Shown in pieces: positions 1-10,927 of a DNA stretch of 64,000 nucleotides. The position numbers and the translations under genes are program-made. How positions within the stretch are numbered: the stretch's first letter is position 1; the number at the start of each line of letters is the position of its first letter. The DNA comes from an uncultured Acidobacteriota bacterium. GTDB taxonomy: Bacteria > Acidobacteriota > Vicinamibacteria > Fen-336. The stretch spans positions 3,968,001 through 4,032,000 of the forward strand of contig OY970399.1 of assembly GCA_963720545.1 (NCBI GenBank), read 5' to 3'. The notes beneath the pieces are model-generated. The model was given only the letters and a program-made list of their open reading frames with translations. It did not search any database and was not told the origin of the DNA.

Positions 1-58
1 AACAACTATCTACGAGTACAAGGAAATCTACCTGGCGCAGCAGGCGGCGGGCGAGTAA
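1..58 (+). CDS. 3' end of an unidentified upstream gene (...YEYKEIYLAQQAAGE*)
   Basis: Open frame with typical codons ending in TAA at 56-58, 3 nt before the hisS ATG; truncated by the window edge. Confidence 0.5.
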   Translation, partial: TTIYEYKEIYLAQQAAGE

Positions 59-61
59 GCA

Positions 62-1330
62 ATGATCAAAGCGGTTCGCGGCACCAACGACATCCTGCCC
101 GACGAGGTCGCGGCGTGGCATCGCATCGAGGCGGCGGCGCGCGAGCTCTTCGCACGCTAGGGGTTATCGCGAGATCCGCACGCCGATCTTCGAGGAGACG
201 CAGCTCTTCGCCCGCGGCATCGGCGGCGAGACCGACATCGTCGCGAAGGAGATGTACACCTTCGCCGACCGCGAGGAGGCCGGGTCGTCGCTGACGCTGC
301 GTCCCGAGGCCACCGCCGGCATCGTGCGCGCGGTCATCGAGCACAACCTCATCAACACCGACCCCGCTCGTCAAGGTGTATGCGCTCGGTCCCATGTTCC
401 GCCGCGAGCGCCCGCAGAAGGGCCGCTTCCGCCAGTTCCACCAGGTCGACGTCGAGGCGTTCGGGCTGAAGGCGCCCGGCGATCGACGTCGAGGTCATCG
501 AGCTGTCGCTCGCGCTACCTGGATGCCTGCGGCGTCACCGGCTACGAACTGGTGCTGAACTCGGTCGGCGACGCGAAATGCCGGCCCGCCTACGTCGAGA
601 CGCTGCGCGACGGCGCTCAAGGACAAGGCCGCCGCGATGTGCGGCGACTGCCAGCGCCGCGCCGTAGACCAATCCGCTGCGCGTCCTCGACTGCAAGGTG
701 CCGCAGGACCAGCCGATCATCGACGCGCTGCCGCGGATTGCCGATCACCTGTGCCAACCGTGCCGCGAACACTTCGCGGCGGTCACCGCCGGCCTCGACG
801 CTGCGGGCATCGCCTATCAGGCTGAGCCATCGCCTGGTGCGCGGCCTCGACTACTACGTGCGCACCACGTTCGAGGTGACGAGCAGCCGCGCTGGGCGCG
901 CAGAACAGCGTCCTCGGCGGCGGCCGCTACGACGGGCTCGTCAAGGAACTGGGTGGCCCGGACGCTCCCGGCATCGGCTTCGCGCTCGGCATGGAGCGGC
1001 TCGTGATGCTGCTGGCGCCGCTCGCGGACGAGAGCGCGCTGCGACGTGTTCCTCATGCCGCTCGCCGCGGGCGCCGACGACCGAAGCCGCCGCGGCTGCA
1101 GCGCACGCTGCGCGAGGCCGGCATCCGCGTCGCCATGGACTACGAAGGCCGCAGCTTCAAGTCGCAGCATGAAGCGCGCCGACAAGCTGGGCGCGCGCCT
1201 CGTCGCGATTCGCGGCGACGACGAGAAGGCCAAGGGCGTCTGGACGCTGCGCGACATGCGCACGTCGGACCAGGAGGACGTGGCCGCGAGCGGCCTCATC
1301 GACGAGATCAAGGGGAAATTGAATGGTTGA
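62..1330 (+). CDS. hisS: Histidine--tRNA ligase, with multiple frameshifts (probable sequence errors)
   Basis: Pieces across frames: [101 protein letters not shown]; in-frame TAG at 158-160. Confidence 0.93.
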
Positions 1331-3143
1331 CGTTTTGGGCGACCTGCAGCGCACGCACTACTGCGGCGCGCTCGCGCGAAGCCCAGGTGGGGCAGGACGA
1401 GTGACGCTCATGGGCTGGGCGGCGACACGGCGCGACCTCGGCGGCGTCATCTTCATCGACCTGCGCGACCGCGAGGGCCTCTGCCAGGTGGTCGCGCGGC
1501 CCGAGATCTCCGCCGACGGCCCACCAGACGGCGGACAAGCGTGCGCGGCGAGTACGTGCTGGCGGTGACCGGCAAGGTGGCGCGCCGCTCCGACGAAACC
1601 GTGAATCCGAAGCTCGCCACCGGCGCTGTCGAAGTAGCTGGCGCAGCGAGATCCGCGATCCTTGCCGAGGCGCAGACCCCGCCGTTTCCGATCGAGGACG
1701 ACGTCGACGACCGCGGAAGACATCCGCCTCAAGTACCGCTACCTCGACCTGCGCCGCCCGAAGATGCAGCGCAATATCCTGCATGCGCCACCAGATCGAC
1801 GCTCGAGGTACGCCGCTACCTCGACGAGCAGGGTTTCCTCGAGATCGAGACGCCGCTGCTCACCAAGCTCCACCCCCGAAGGCGCGCGCGACTACCTGGT
1901 GCCGTCGCGCGTCCACCACGGCGCTTTCTACGCGCTGCCGCAGTCGCCGCAGATCTTCAAGCAGATCCTGATGGTGTCCGGCTTCGACAAGTACTTCCAG
2001 ATCGCGCGCTGCTTCCGCGACGAGGACCTGCGCGCCGACCGCCAGCCCGAGTTCACCCAGGTGGACATCGAGATGTCGTTCCCGACGGTCGAGACGGTCG
2101 TCGACCTCATCGAGCCGCTCTACCAGCGCGTGCTTCGAGCTCCTCGGAGTCACCGTGGCGCGGCCGTTCCCGCGGCTTTCCTACGAGGACGCGCTCGAGC
2201 GCTACGGCGTCGGACAAGCCCGACCTGCGCTTCGCGATGCCGATCACCGACGTGACCGAAGAGATGAAGACGCTGGGGCTCGAAACGTTCCCGGCGCTCA
2301 TCGATGCGGGCGCGCGGGCGCGGGCCATCGTGCTGCCGGCCGCGGGCGGCATCTCGGGCACACGGCTGCGCAAGATCAACGAGGAGCTGTGGCTCGGCCG
2401 CATCGTGCCCGACGCGCACGCCAGCAAGCGCAACCTGCTTCATGCTCAAGAACACCGAGCGAGGCGATCGCGAACCTCGAGCAAGAAGGGTGCGAACGCG
2501 GAGGTGGCGCGCGCGCTCTTCAGCAAGTGCGGCGCCGCGCCCGAGGACACCGTGCTCATCGGCGTCGACGCGGAAGGGCCGCTGGCGATGGCGCTGGGCA
2601 TCCTGCGCCTCGAGATGGGCAAGGAGCTGAAGCTCATCGACGCCGCACGCCTGGCGCTTCCTGTGGATCGTCGACTTCCCGCTGTTCGATTGGGACGCCG
2701 GCGCGCGCCGCTGGAACAGCGTCAACCACCCGTTCACCGCGCCGCGCGACGAGGACGTGGCGCTGCTCGACACCGATCCGGGAAAGGTGCGGGCGAAGGC
2801 CTACGACATCGTCCTGAACGGCATGGAGGTGGGCGGCGGCAGCCTCCGCATCCACGACTCGGCGCTGCAGGCGAAAGTGTTCAAGCTGCTGTCGCTGACG
2901 CGACGAGGAGACGAACGAGCGCTTCGGCTTCTTCATCGAGGCGCTGCAGTACGGCACGCCGCCCCACGGCGGCATCGCCCTCGGCCTCGACCGGCTCGCG
3001 ATGATCTGGCCGCCGGCGAGGCCTCGCTGCGCGACGTCATCGCCTTCCCGAAGACGGCCAGCGCCACCGACCTGATGAGCCGCTCCCCGTCGGTGGTGGA
3101 CGAAGACCAGGTCCGCGACCTGGGCATCAGAACGTTTCCCTGA
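1323..3143 (+). CDS. aspS: Aspartate--tRNA ligase, with multiple frameshifts (probable sequence errors)
   Basis: [116 protein letters not shown] split across frames; follows hisS. Confidence 0.95.
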
Positions 3144-3151
3144 GGGACGTC

Positions 3152-3190
3152 ATCGGCGGATGGGCGGTCCTTTTCGTCCCATCCGCCGAT
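3152..3190 (+). terminator. Strong hairpin just after aspS, possible terminator
   Basis: 13-bp inverted repeat ATCGGCGGATGGG / CCCATCCGCCGAT starting 9 nt after the stop; only a short U-tail. Confidence 0.5.
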
Positions 3191-3226
3191 TTCCGTTCCT
3201 GAGGCTCGTTGCCGTTCCTCGGAAGT

Positions 3227-3271
3227 GAGGTCCCTCGGTCGCGGCGCAAGCGCCGCACTCGCTCGGGAAGG
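3227..3271. repeat. REP-like extragenic palindromic element
   Basis: Internal hairpin GCGGCGC-AA-GCGCCGC (3241-3256) inside CCCGAGCGAG...CGAGGGACCTC on the minus strand; resembles short intergenic repeats as I recall them; single copy in this window. Confidence 0.35.
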
Positions 3272-3426
3272 CGATCGGTCGCAAGGCTGAGCATGGCTTC
3301 CTCGGTAGCGCTATAAGTAGCTGATATATCTATAGTTATAGCACCTCCATGATCCGCTCGACTGTGCTGTTTGTGGTAAACTGCGCCCTTCCATGAACCT
3401 CCTTCCAGGCGCCTTTTAGCCCTTCG

Positions 3427-4404
<978 letters not shown>

Positions 4405-4429
4405 TCAAGGGCAGGCAAGGCCCTTGACG

Positions 4430-4850
4430 ATGACGACCTCCCTCGTGGTCCTGAACCGCCAGCGCCGCCGCCGGATCGACCGCGCGCGCTTGCGCAGCAT
4501 CGTCGCCCGGGCCGGCCGCTCCTTGAAGGCCCGCGGCGAGGTGGCGCTGCTGGTTGCCGGCGACGGCACGATCAGGACCCTGAACAACCGCTACCGCGGC
4601 AAGGACCAGCCGACCGACGTGCTCTCTTTCCCCGGTCCAGGCGGCGATGCCGGCCTGGGCGACATCGTGATCAGCGTCCACTGCCGCCGAACGCAACGCC
4701 CGCCGCCTGCGCCGGCCGTTCGCGAAGGAACTCGACGTGTTGGTGCTGCACGGCTTCCTGCACGTGCTCGGCTACGACCACGAGACAGACGACGGCACCA
4801 TGGACCGCATCGAAGGCCGCTTGCGCCGGCAGCTGCTGGGGGCCTCGTGA
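4430..4850 (+). CDS. ybeY: rRNA maturation endoribonuclease YbeY, frameshifted near 4680
   Basis: LNNRYRGKDQPTDVLSFP and LGDIVIS in one frame, then VLHGFLHVLGYDHE (HxxxHxxGxDH zinc motif) in another frame ending TGA 4848-4850. Confidence 0.9.
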
Positions 4851-6079
4851 TACCCGCGCTGCAGATCGCACTTTTCATCTTCCTCGCGTCCTTTTCCATC
4901 GCGCTCGCCACGGTGGAGGCGGCGTTCTACATGGTGAAGCGCCGGCGGCTGGGCCATCTCGCCCACCAGAACTCGCGCGCCGAGATCGTGAACCGCTACC
5001 TCGACGACCCGCCGTCGCTGCTGATGCCGGTGCACCTCGGCACCTACACGGCGCACGTCGGCATGACGGTCATGATCACCACCATGCTGCTCGACTACAT
5101 CGGGCCGTGGGCGGCGCTCATCGCCTTCACCACCATGCTCGTGTACCTGCTGGTGTTCCGCCTCACGGTGCCGTACGCGCTGGTGCGCCGCAACCCGGAG
5201 CGTTCGCTGCTGGCGCTGGCGCCCTTCTACAACGCCTACGCGCGCTCGCTGGCGCCGGCTGTGCGCATGCTGCGCGAGCGCGCCGGCGCCGATGCCGGCG
5301 AGCTCAAGCAGAAGCAGGCGCCCGCCGGCACGCTCAGCGGCATCGACGTGCCGCCGCCGCCGGTGCTCGATTCCGACGAGGCGCGGCTGGTCGACTCGAT
5401 GAACCGCTTTTCCGCGACGCTCGTCAGCGAAGTGATGACGCCGCGGCCCGACATCGTCGCGGTGCCGTCGACCGCGCCGGTGAACGAGCTGCTGAAGATG
5501 ATGCGCGAGACCAAGTACAGCCGCATCCCGGTGTTCGGCGAGAACCTCGACGACATCGTGGGCGTGGTCAGCGTGCGCGACGTGGTCGAGTTCGACGGCA
5601 GCCCGGACGACCCGGCGTCGGTGCTGTGCCGGCCGGTGTTCCTGGTGCCCGAGACCCGCAAGATCGCCGAGCTGCTGAAGGACATGCAGGCGCAGCGCAA
5701 CACCTTCGCGGTGGTCATCGACGAGTACGGCGGCACCGCCGGCCTGGTCAGCGTCGAGGACATCGTCGAGGAGCTGGTGGGCGAGATCAAGGACGAGTAC
5801 GACGCCGAGGCCGAGCCCATCACCATCGACGGCGATGACGCGGTCTCGTTCGCCGGCCGCGTCAGCATCGACCGCCTCGAGCAGGCGCTCGAGATCAAGG
5901 TGCGCGAGTCGAACGAGGTCGGCACCGTCGGCGGCCTGGTGACGAGCCTGTTCGGACGCATCCCCAAGGCCGGCGAGCGCATGGACTACGACCGCTTCAC
6001 CGTCGAGGTGGTCGAGGCCGAGAAGAAGCGCGTCAACCGCGTGCGCTTCATCCGCAAGCCGGTCGCCGAGCCCGCGTGA
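4847..6079 (+). CDS. Hemolysin/CorC (CNNM) family membrane protein with CBS pair and CorC domain
   Basis: GTG start overlapping the ybeY stop; N-terminal TM helices, EVMTPRPDI, YSRIPV, VIDEYGGTAGLVSVEDIVEELVGEI. Confidence 0.9.
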   Translation: MIPALQIALFIFLASFSIALATVEAAFYMVKRRRLGHLAHQNSRAEIVNRYLDDPPSLLMPVHLGTYTAHVGMTVMITTMLLDYIGPWAALIAFTTMLVYLLVFRLTVPYALVRRNPERSLLALAPFYNAYARSLAPAVRMLRERAGADAGELKQKQAPAGTLSGIDVPPPPVLDSDEARLVDSMNRFSATLVSEVMTPRPDIVAVPSTAPVNELLKMMRETKYSRIPVFGENLDDIVGVVSVRDVVEFDGSPDDPASVLCRPVFLVPETRKIAELLKDMQAQRNTFAVVIDEYGGTAGLVSVEDIVEELVGEIKDEYDAEAEPITIDGDDAVSFAGRVSIDRLEQALEIKVRESNEVGTVGGLVTSLFGRIPKAGERMDYDRFTVEVVEAEKKRVNRVRFIRKPVAEPA

Positions 6080-6990
6080 GCGCCCCGCAGGCGCCGCACT
6101 CGGGCCTGGTCGCGGTCGTCGGCCGCCCGAACGTGGGCAAGTCGACGCTGGTCAATGCCCTCGTCGGCGAGAAGGTGTCGATCGTCTCCGACAAGCCGCA
6201 GACGACCCGCAACCGCATCCTGGCGGTCGTCAACCGGCCCGAGGGCCAGATGGTCCTGCTCGACACCCCGGGCGTCCACAAACCGCTGCACGCGATGAAC
6301 GAGAACATGGTGGAGCTGGCGCTCGAGAGCCTGAAGAGCGTGGATGTTGCCATGTGGGTCGTGGATGCGACCGAAGGGTACTCCGTGGCCGAGCGGCACG
6401 TGCGCGAAGCGCTGCGCCGCTGCGGCAAGCCGGTGGTGCTGGCGCTCAACAAGATCGACCGCATCGCGAAGCCGACGCTGCTGCCGATGATCGAGAGCTA
6501 CTGCACCATGATCGACTTCGCCGAAGTGGTGCCGCTGTCGGCACTGAAGGGTGAGAACGTCGAGCTGCTGGCGTCGCGCCTGATGGCGCACCTGCCGGAG
6601 CAAGTGCCGCAGTATCCGCAGGACGTGCTCACCGACCTGCCGGAGCGCTTTTTCGTCTCCGAGCGTATCCGCGAGCAGGTGCTGAACCACACGCGCGAAG
6701 AACTGCCGTATGCCACCGCGGTGCTCATCGAGAACTTCGTCGAGGAAGCCGACGAGGCGCGCACCCGCATCGACGCGGTGATTCTGGTGGACAAGGACAG
6801 CCAGAAAGCGATCGTCATCGGCAAGGGCGGCTCGATGCTGAAGGCGATCGGCACGGCGGCGCGCCAGGAGATCGAGAAGTTCCTCGGCGTGCGCGTCTAC
6901 CTGCAGCTGTTCGTCAAGGTGCGCAAGGGCTGGCGCGACGACCCGCGGATGCTGACGCAGATCGACCTCGACACCCGGAGCAGCCGCTGA
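6076..6990 (+). CDS. era: GTPase Era
   Basis: GRPNVGKSTL, KPQTTR, DTPG, NKID, KH domain IVIGKGG. Confidence 0.97.
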   Translation: MSAPQAPHSGLVAVVGRPNVGKSTLVNALVGEKVSIVSDKPQTTRNRILAVVNRPEGQMVLLDTPGVHKPLHAMNENMVELALESLKSVDVAMWVVDATEGYSVAERHVREALRRCGKPVVLALNKIDRIAKPTLLPMIESYCTMIDFAEVVPLSALKGENVELLASRLMAHLPEQVPQYPQDVLTDLPERFFVSERIREQVLNHTREELPYATAVLIENFVEEADEARTRIDAVILVDKDSQKAIVIGKGGSMLKAIGTAARQEIEKFLGVRVYLQLFVKVRKGWRDDPRMLTQIDLDTRSSR

Positions 6991-6995
6991 GCGCA

Positions 6996-7475
6996 GTGCC
7001 GGCATGGCTCGAGGCCTACAGCCATTCGTGGTGGGGCCTCCTCGGGTCGGCGTTCGTCCTGTCGTTTCTCGGCGGCTTCCTGCCGGTGTTCAGCGTCGAG
7101 CTGTATCTCGTCTCGATCTCCGCGCTCGCGGGCCACGGCATGATGTTCCCGGTGGTCTTCGGCTGCACCCTGGGGCAGGTCGTCTCCAAGGCGTTCTTCT
7201 ACTACGCGGGCAGCGGCGTCATCCGCATGCCGTTCCGCAACCAGGCGGCGGCCCTCGAACGCTGGCGCGAGCGCATGCAGAACTTCCGCTTCGGCAAGGA
7301 CGCGCTGCTGTTCCTCTCCGCCTTCGTCGGCGTCCCGCCGTACTACGTCACCCCGATCCTTGCCGGCACCCTGCGCCTCGGCCTCACGCGCTTCGTCGTC
7401 ACGAGCCTGATCGGCCGCGCCCTGCGCTTCGGCCTGATCTATGCGTTCCCGTCCGTCTTGAGGCGATGGTTGTAG
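6996..7475 (+). CDS. DedA/VTT (YqaA-like) membrane protein
   Basis: Hydrophobic 159 aa; PVFSVE and [13 protein letters not shown] motifs typical of the DedA superfamily. Confidence 0.7.
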   Translation: MPAWLEAYSHSWWGLLGSAFVLSFLGGFLPVFSVELYLVSISALAGHGMMFPVVFGCTLGQVVSKAFFYYAGSGVIRMPFRNQAAALERWRERMQNFRFGKDALLFLSAFVGVPPYYVTPILAGTLRLGLTRFVVTSLIGRALRFGLIYAFPSVLRRWL

Positions 7476-7494
7476 TCACTGTGAGGTTGCGACT

Positions 7495-7815
7495 GTGAGC
7501 CACTGGACGTTCTTGTTGATCGCCGCGAGCCTGGAGGTGGTCTGGGCCCTCGGGTTGAAGTCTACGGATGGGTTCACGCGGCTGTGGCCGTCGGTGGGGA
7601 CGATCGCGGCGATGGTCGCGAGCATGTACTGCCTCGCCGCGGCCACCCGCGGCATTCCCATCGGCACGGCCTACGCGGTCTGGACCGGCCTTGGCGCGGT
7701 GGGCGCGGCGGTCGGCGGCATGCTGCTGTTCGGCGAACCGCGGGACGCCCTGCGCATCCTCGCCTTGTCGATGATCGTCGGCGGCGTTGCGCTCCTGAAG
7801 AGCCAGCAGCGATAA
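7495..7815 (+). CDS. sugE: SMR-family exporter, SugE/Gdx type
   Basis: Four TM helices; [10 protein letters not shown] (conserved TM1 Glu), [22 protein letters not shown]. Confidence 0.88.
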   Translation: MSHWTFLLIAASLEVVWALGLKSTDGFTRLWPSVGTIAAMVASMYCLAAATRGIPIGTAYAVWTGLGAVGAAVGGMLLFGEPRDALRILALSMIVGGVALLKSQQR

Positions 7816-7873
7816 GCGCCGCGCGCTTATCCACTGTGTCCGGACACAGTAGGCCGCGGGTTATTCTCGGGAC

Positions 7874-8266
7874 ATGGCGATCAGCGTCGTCAGGCTCGGG
7901 TCGAAGCGCGGGCCGCAGGAGGGGCCGCGGCTTGGCACGGTGCGGCGGCCGCCGCGCGGTGTGCCGAAGGCGGAATTCGCCACGCGCGACTTCTACGACG
8001 TGTGGCTGCCGCTGCTGGCGCCGAGTGACGCGCTCGTGAAGCAGGCCCTCGCAGCGGGAGACGCGCGCGCCTGGGCCGCGTTCGTGAAGAAGTACCGAGC
8101 CGAGATGGGGAAGGGCGAGGCGCCGCGCGTCCTCGACCTGCTCGCGGCCCTGTCGCACGCCGCCGACTTCGCCGTCGGGTGCTACTGCGAGAACGAGAGC
8201 CACTGTCACCGTTCGGTGCTGCGCGAGCTGTTGAGTGAACGCGGCGCCGCCCTGAGGAGGTCCTGA
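7874..8266 (+). CDS. DUF488 (YeaO-like) family protein
   Basis: VRRPPRGV, WLPLLAPS, CYCENESHCHRSVL. Confidence 0.8.
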   Translation: MAISVVRLGSKRGPQEGPRLGTVRRPPRGVPKAEFATRDFYDVWLPLLAPSDALVKQALAAGDARAWAAFVKKYRAEMGKGEAPRVLDLLAALSHAADFAVGCYCENESHCHRSVLRELLSERGAALRRS

Positions 8267-8757
8267 TGCCGAACCTGCGCGCGTGCCTGGGAACGCTCGC
8301 CGCTGAACTGGTCGACGGCCCGCCTGCGGGCGAGGCGTACATGCTGAACCCTGGCGATGCCGGCCTGCTCGCCTCGCTCGCACGACTCCCGGCCGCGGCT
8401 GCATCGGCCCCGGCCCCGGCCGGCGGCGCCTCGATCGCGGCGCACGTCGATCACATTCGCTTCGGCTTCGAGCTCATGAACCGCTGGGGCGGCGGCGAAG
8501 CCGATCCGTGGTCGGGCGCCGACTGGAGAGCCAGCTGGCGCCGCACCACCGTGACGGAAGACGACTGGCGGCGGCTGCGGGGCGAGCTCGAGGAACAGGC
8601 GCAGCGCTGGCGCGCCACGGTACAGAGCCCGCGCGAGCTTTCCGACCTGGAGCTGAAGGGCGTGATGGGCAGCATCGCGCATCTTGCGTACCACCTCGGC
8701 GCAATCCGCCAGATCGACCACGGCCTGCAGGGTCCGAAGGACACGTCGACCGCCTGA
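8266..8757 (+). CDS. DinB/YfiT-like family protein
   Basis: SIAAHVDH and AHLAYHLGAIRQ histidine pattern. Confidence 0.7.
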   Translation: MPNLRACLGTLAAELVDGPPAGEAYMLNPGDAGLLASLARLPAAAASAPAPAGGASIAAHVDHIRFGFELMNRWGGGEADPWSGADWRASWRRTTVTEDDWRRLRGELEEQAQRWRATVQSPRELSDLELKGVMGSIAHLAYHLGAIRQIDHGLQGPKDTSTA

Positions 8758-8758
8758 C

Positions 8759-8790
8759 AAAAAAACGGCCGAGCCCCCTGGGCCCGGCCG
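8759..8790 (-). terminator. Rho-independent terminator of the alkaline phosphatase gene
   Basis: Minus strand CGGCCGGGCCC-AGG-GGGCTCGGCCG followed by T7. Confidence 0.8.
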
Positions 8791-8815
8791 AACGTCACGC
8801 GCCAGGAGCCTCGTG

Positions 8816-10753
8816 CTACTGGCGCTTGTCGGTCGCCTTCAGGATCTTGAAGAACACGTCGGTGTTGTCGAGCATGCCGACGAAGTCGCGCCATGCTTCT
8901 GAGCCGCTGCTGAACGAGGTCAGCGGGATGTCGGTCGCGGTGTGCACGGCCTGCGTGGCCGAACCCGGGCCGCGGAGGAACTCACCGGTCGAGCTCTCGG
9001 GCTCGCGGTCGATGGGGTTCACCGGGTAGCCGGCCGTCACCAGCTCGGCGCGAATGTCGGCGGGGATCAGGCTGTCGATCGCCGGCAGCGGCTTGCTGAG
9101 CCAGTCCTCGAAGTGGTCACCGCCGCCGCCGAAGCCGATCTGGATCGGCTTGAACGTCGCGGGGTAGGGGAAGACCGGGAAGCCGTCCGCTGCGATCTCG
9201 TAGGACGGGAACTCGGCGGCTTCATAGGGACCGACGGCCGCCTGGCGGGCCGGATGGTCGGTGGGGCCGGTGAGGGCAGCATCCGACGGCAGGTCCTCGA
9301 GCTCCGCGATCGTCTTTAGCGAAGCGCCGATGATGCTGAAACCGGCGCACTCGTGGTCGGCGGTTACCAGCACGATGGTGTTGCCTTCCTGGCGGGCGAA
9401 GTCGAGCGCCTTCTGTACGGCGCGATCGAACTCGATCGTGTCCCAGATGGCGCGGTCGGCGTCCATCAGGTGCGACTGCTTGTCGATGTGGGCGCCTTCC
9501 ACCATGAGGACGAACCCCTGGGGGTTCTTGCTCAGGACCTTGAGCGCCGCGCCCGTCATCTCGTCGAGCATCGGCTGGTCGGGAGCGTGATACGCGTTCA
9601 CCACCGACGGGTTGCCGCGCTGCGCCGCGACCTTGTCGAAGGAGACGTTCATGTTGCCGTAGGCGAACAGCCCGAGCAGCTTGCTGGTGTTGTTGGGAAT
9701 GGCCGCCAGTTCGGTGCGGTTCGAGGCGTAGCTGAAGCCGGCAGCCTGGTACTCGCCGATCAGGTCGCGGCCTGGATCGATGGCGCCGGGGGCGACGCCG
9801 TAAGCCGACGCGATGTCGGCCGGCAGCACGTAATCGCTGGTGGTGGCGCGGCTGGAACCGAACGTGCCGGTGGGCAGGAACCAGCGGCGGCCGCCGCCGA
9901 GCAGCACGCTGAGGCCGGTGCGATGCCGCTCGTCGAAGAACTGGTCCATGATGCCGGTGCCGGCGCCGCGGTTCGAGGTGTGCACGGCGTTCGCTGCCGG
10001 GGTGGCGTCTTCGAGGTCGGCGGTCGAAACGACGCCGAGGGCCTTGCCCTGCGTGCGGTGCAGGAACTCGGAGAGGTACTCGATGCGCGGATTGTCGAAG
10101 GCGTCGGGGGTGTTGTCGGGGAACACGCCTTCCTCGTTGTTGCGCGCCTTGTTGCCGGTGACGTAGTTCGACATGCCGGGCGCCGAGTCGGTGATGATCG
10201 AATTGAGCGAAGCGGTCTTGATCAGGGCGACGCCGGGCATGGTCTCCATGGCGAGCGAGCCCTTCGCGTAGCCGCCCGCGGCGCCGTAGCGCACCAGGCG
10301 AGCGGCGGTGCGGTGCGATGCACCCATGCCGTCACCGACCAGGAGGATGACGTTTTTGGTCTTGCGGCCGGTGCCGCCTTCGAGGCTGATCGCCTCGACG
10401 CGCGAGGTGGCGACGGTAGTGCCGGTGCTGTCGGTGGCACGGGCGCGGATGTTGTGGACGCCGGCCGTGGTGAACGTCTGGGCGCGCAGCGTGTAGCCGC
10501 CGAACGCGTCGAGATCGGTCAGCCGCAGCGGGATGCGCGTGTCGTCGGCGAACAGGCGGACGTCGGTGAGCGTGGCGCCGGCGGACGGCGTGAACTCCAC
10601 GCGCAGGTCTAACAGCTGGCCAACTGCGAAGCGCGCGCCGGCCGGAGGCGTGACGCGCACGACCGGTGCGGCGGACGAGATGGACGCGAGGCCGAGCAAG
10701 GCGGCGCTCAGCGCGGTGACGGCGGCGGTGCGACGTGCGGCGATCTGGTTCAT
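8816..10753 (-). CDS. Secreted alkaline phosphatase (PhoA family) with an extra N-terminal Ig-like region
   Basis: NVILLVGDGMG, ITDSAPG (catalytic Ser), DATPA, LMVEGAHIDKQSH, VTADHE; signal peptide; AAGGAG Shine-Dalgarno upstream of ATG 10753. Confidence 0.92.
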   Translation of the reverse strand: MNQIAARRTAAVTALSAALLGLASISSAAPVVRVTPPAGARFAVGQLLDLRVEFTPSAGATLTDVRLFADDTRIPLRLTDLDAFGGYTLRAQTFTTAGVHNIRARATDSTGTTVATSRVEAISLEGGTGRKTKNVILLVGDGMGASHRTAARLVRYGAAGGYAKGSLAMETMPGVALIKTASLNSIITDSAPGMSNYVTGNKARNNEEGVFPDNTPDAFDNPRIEYLSEFLHRTQGKALGVVSTADLEDATPAANAVHTSNRGAGTGIMDQFFDERHRTGLSVLLGGGRRWFLPTGTFGSSRATTSDYVLPADIASAYGVAPGAIDPGRDLIGEYQAAGFSYASNRTELAAIPNNTSKLLGLFAYGNMNVSFDKVAAQRGNPSVVNAYHAPDQPMLDEMTGAALKVLSKNPQGFVLMVEGAHIDKQSHLMDADRAIWDTIEFDRAVQKALDFARQEGNTIVLVTADHECAGFSIIGASLKTIAELEDLPSDAALTGPTDHPARQAAVGPYEAAEFPSYEIAADGFPVFPYPATFKPIQIGFGGGGDHFEDWLSKPLPAIDSLIPADIRAELVTAGYPVNPIDREPESSTGEFLRGPGSATQAVHTATDIPLTSFSSGSEAWRDFVGMLDNTDVFFKILKATDKRQ

Positions 10754-10820
10754 GAAGGTGGCTCCTTTGGTTCGGGTGGGAGATGGTGGCTGGCGCACGC
10801 GAAATTTCCGTGCGCCGCGC

Positions 10821-10858
10821 GTTAACTTGTTGCTACGCGCCGGTCACGCAATCGTCAC
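10821..10858. promoter_or_regulatory. Pho-box-like array of 11-bp-spaced direct repeats
   Basis: GTTAA (10821), GCTAC (10832), GTCAC (10843), GTCAC (10854) between two phosphorus-scavenging genes. Confidence 0.55.
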
Positions 10859-10927
10859 CACGCCGGCACGGCCCTGCCGCAGTGGCCCGCTAGGGTCGCC
10901 AGCCATTCCCTTCCACGGAGGCGCTTG

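Noticed and set aside
158..160. In-frame TAG in hisS as possible recoding (pyrrolysine or alternative code)
   Set aside because: It sits next to an indel where YGY is expected, in an error-rich region; TAG serves as a normal stop for rpsA, creD, ppdK and others
4424..6079. 551-aa ORF suggesting a YbeY-CorC fusion
   Set aside because: Artefact of the ybeY frameshift; the YbeY zinc motif is in another frame that stops at 4850, overlapping the CorC-family GTG
7827..7835. DnaA-box-like TTATCCACT as an origin marker
   Set aside because: Single imperfect box, with no cluster, no AT-rich unwinding element and no dnaA
10864..10878. CGGCACGGCCCTGCC as a sigma-54 promoter
   Set aside because: GG-to-GC spacing is one base too short
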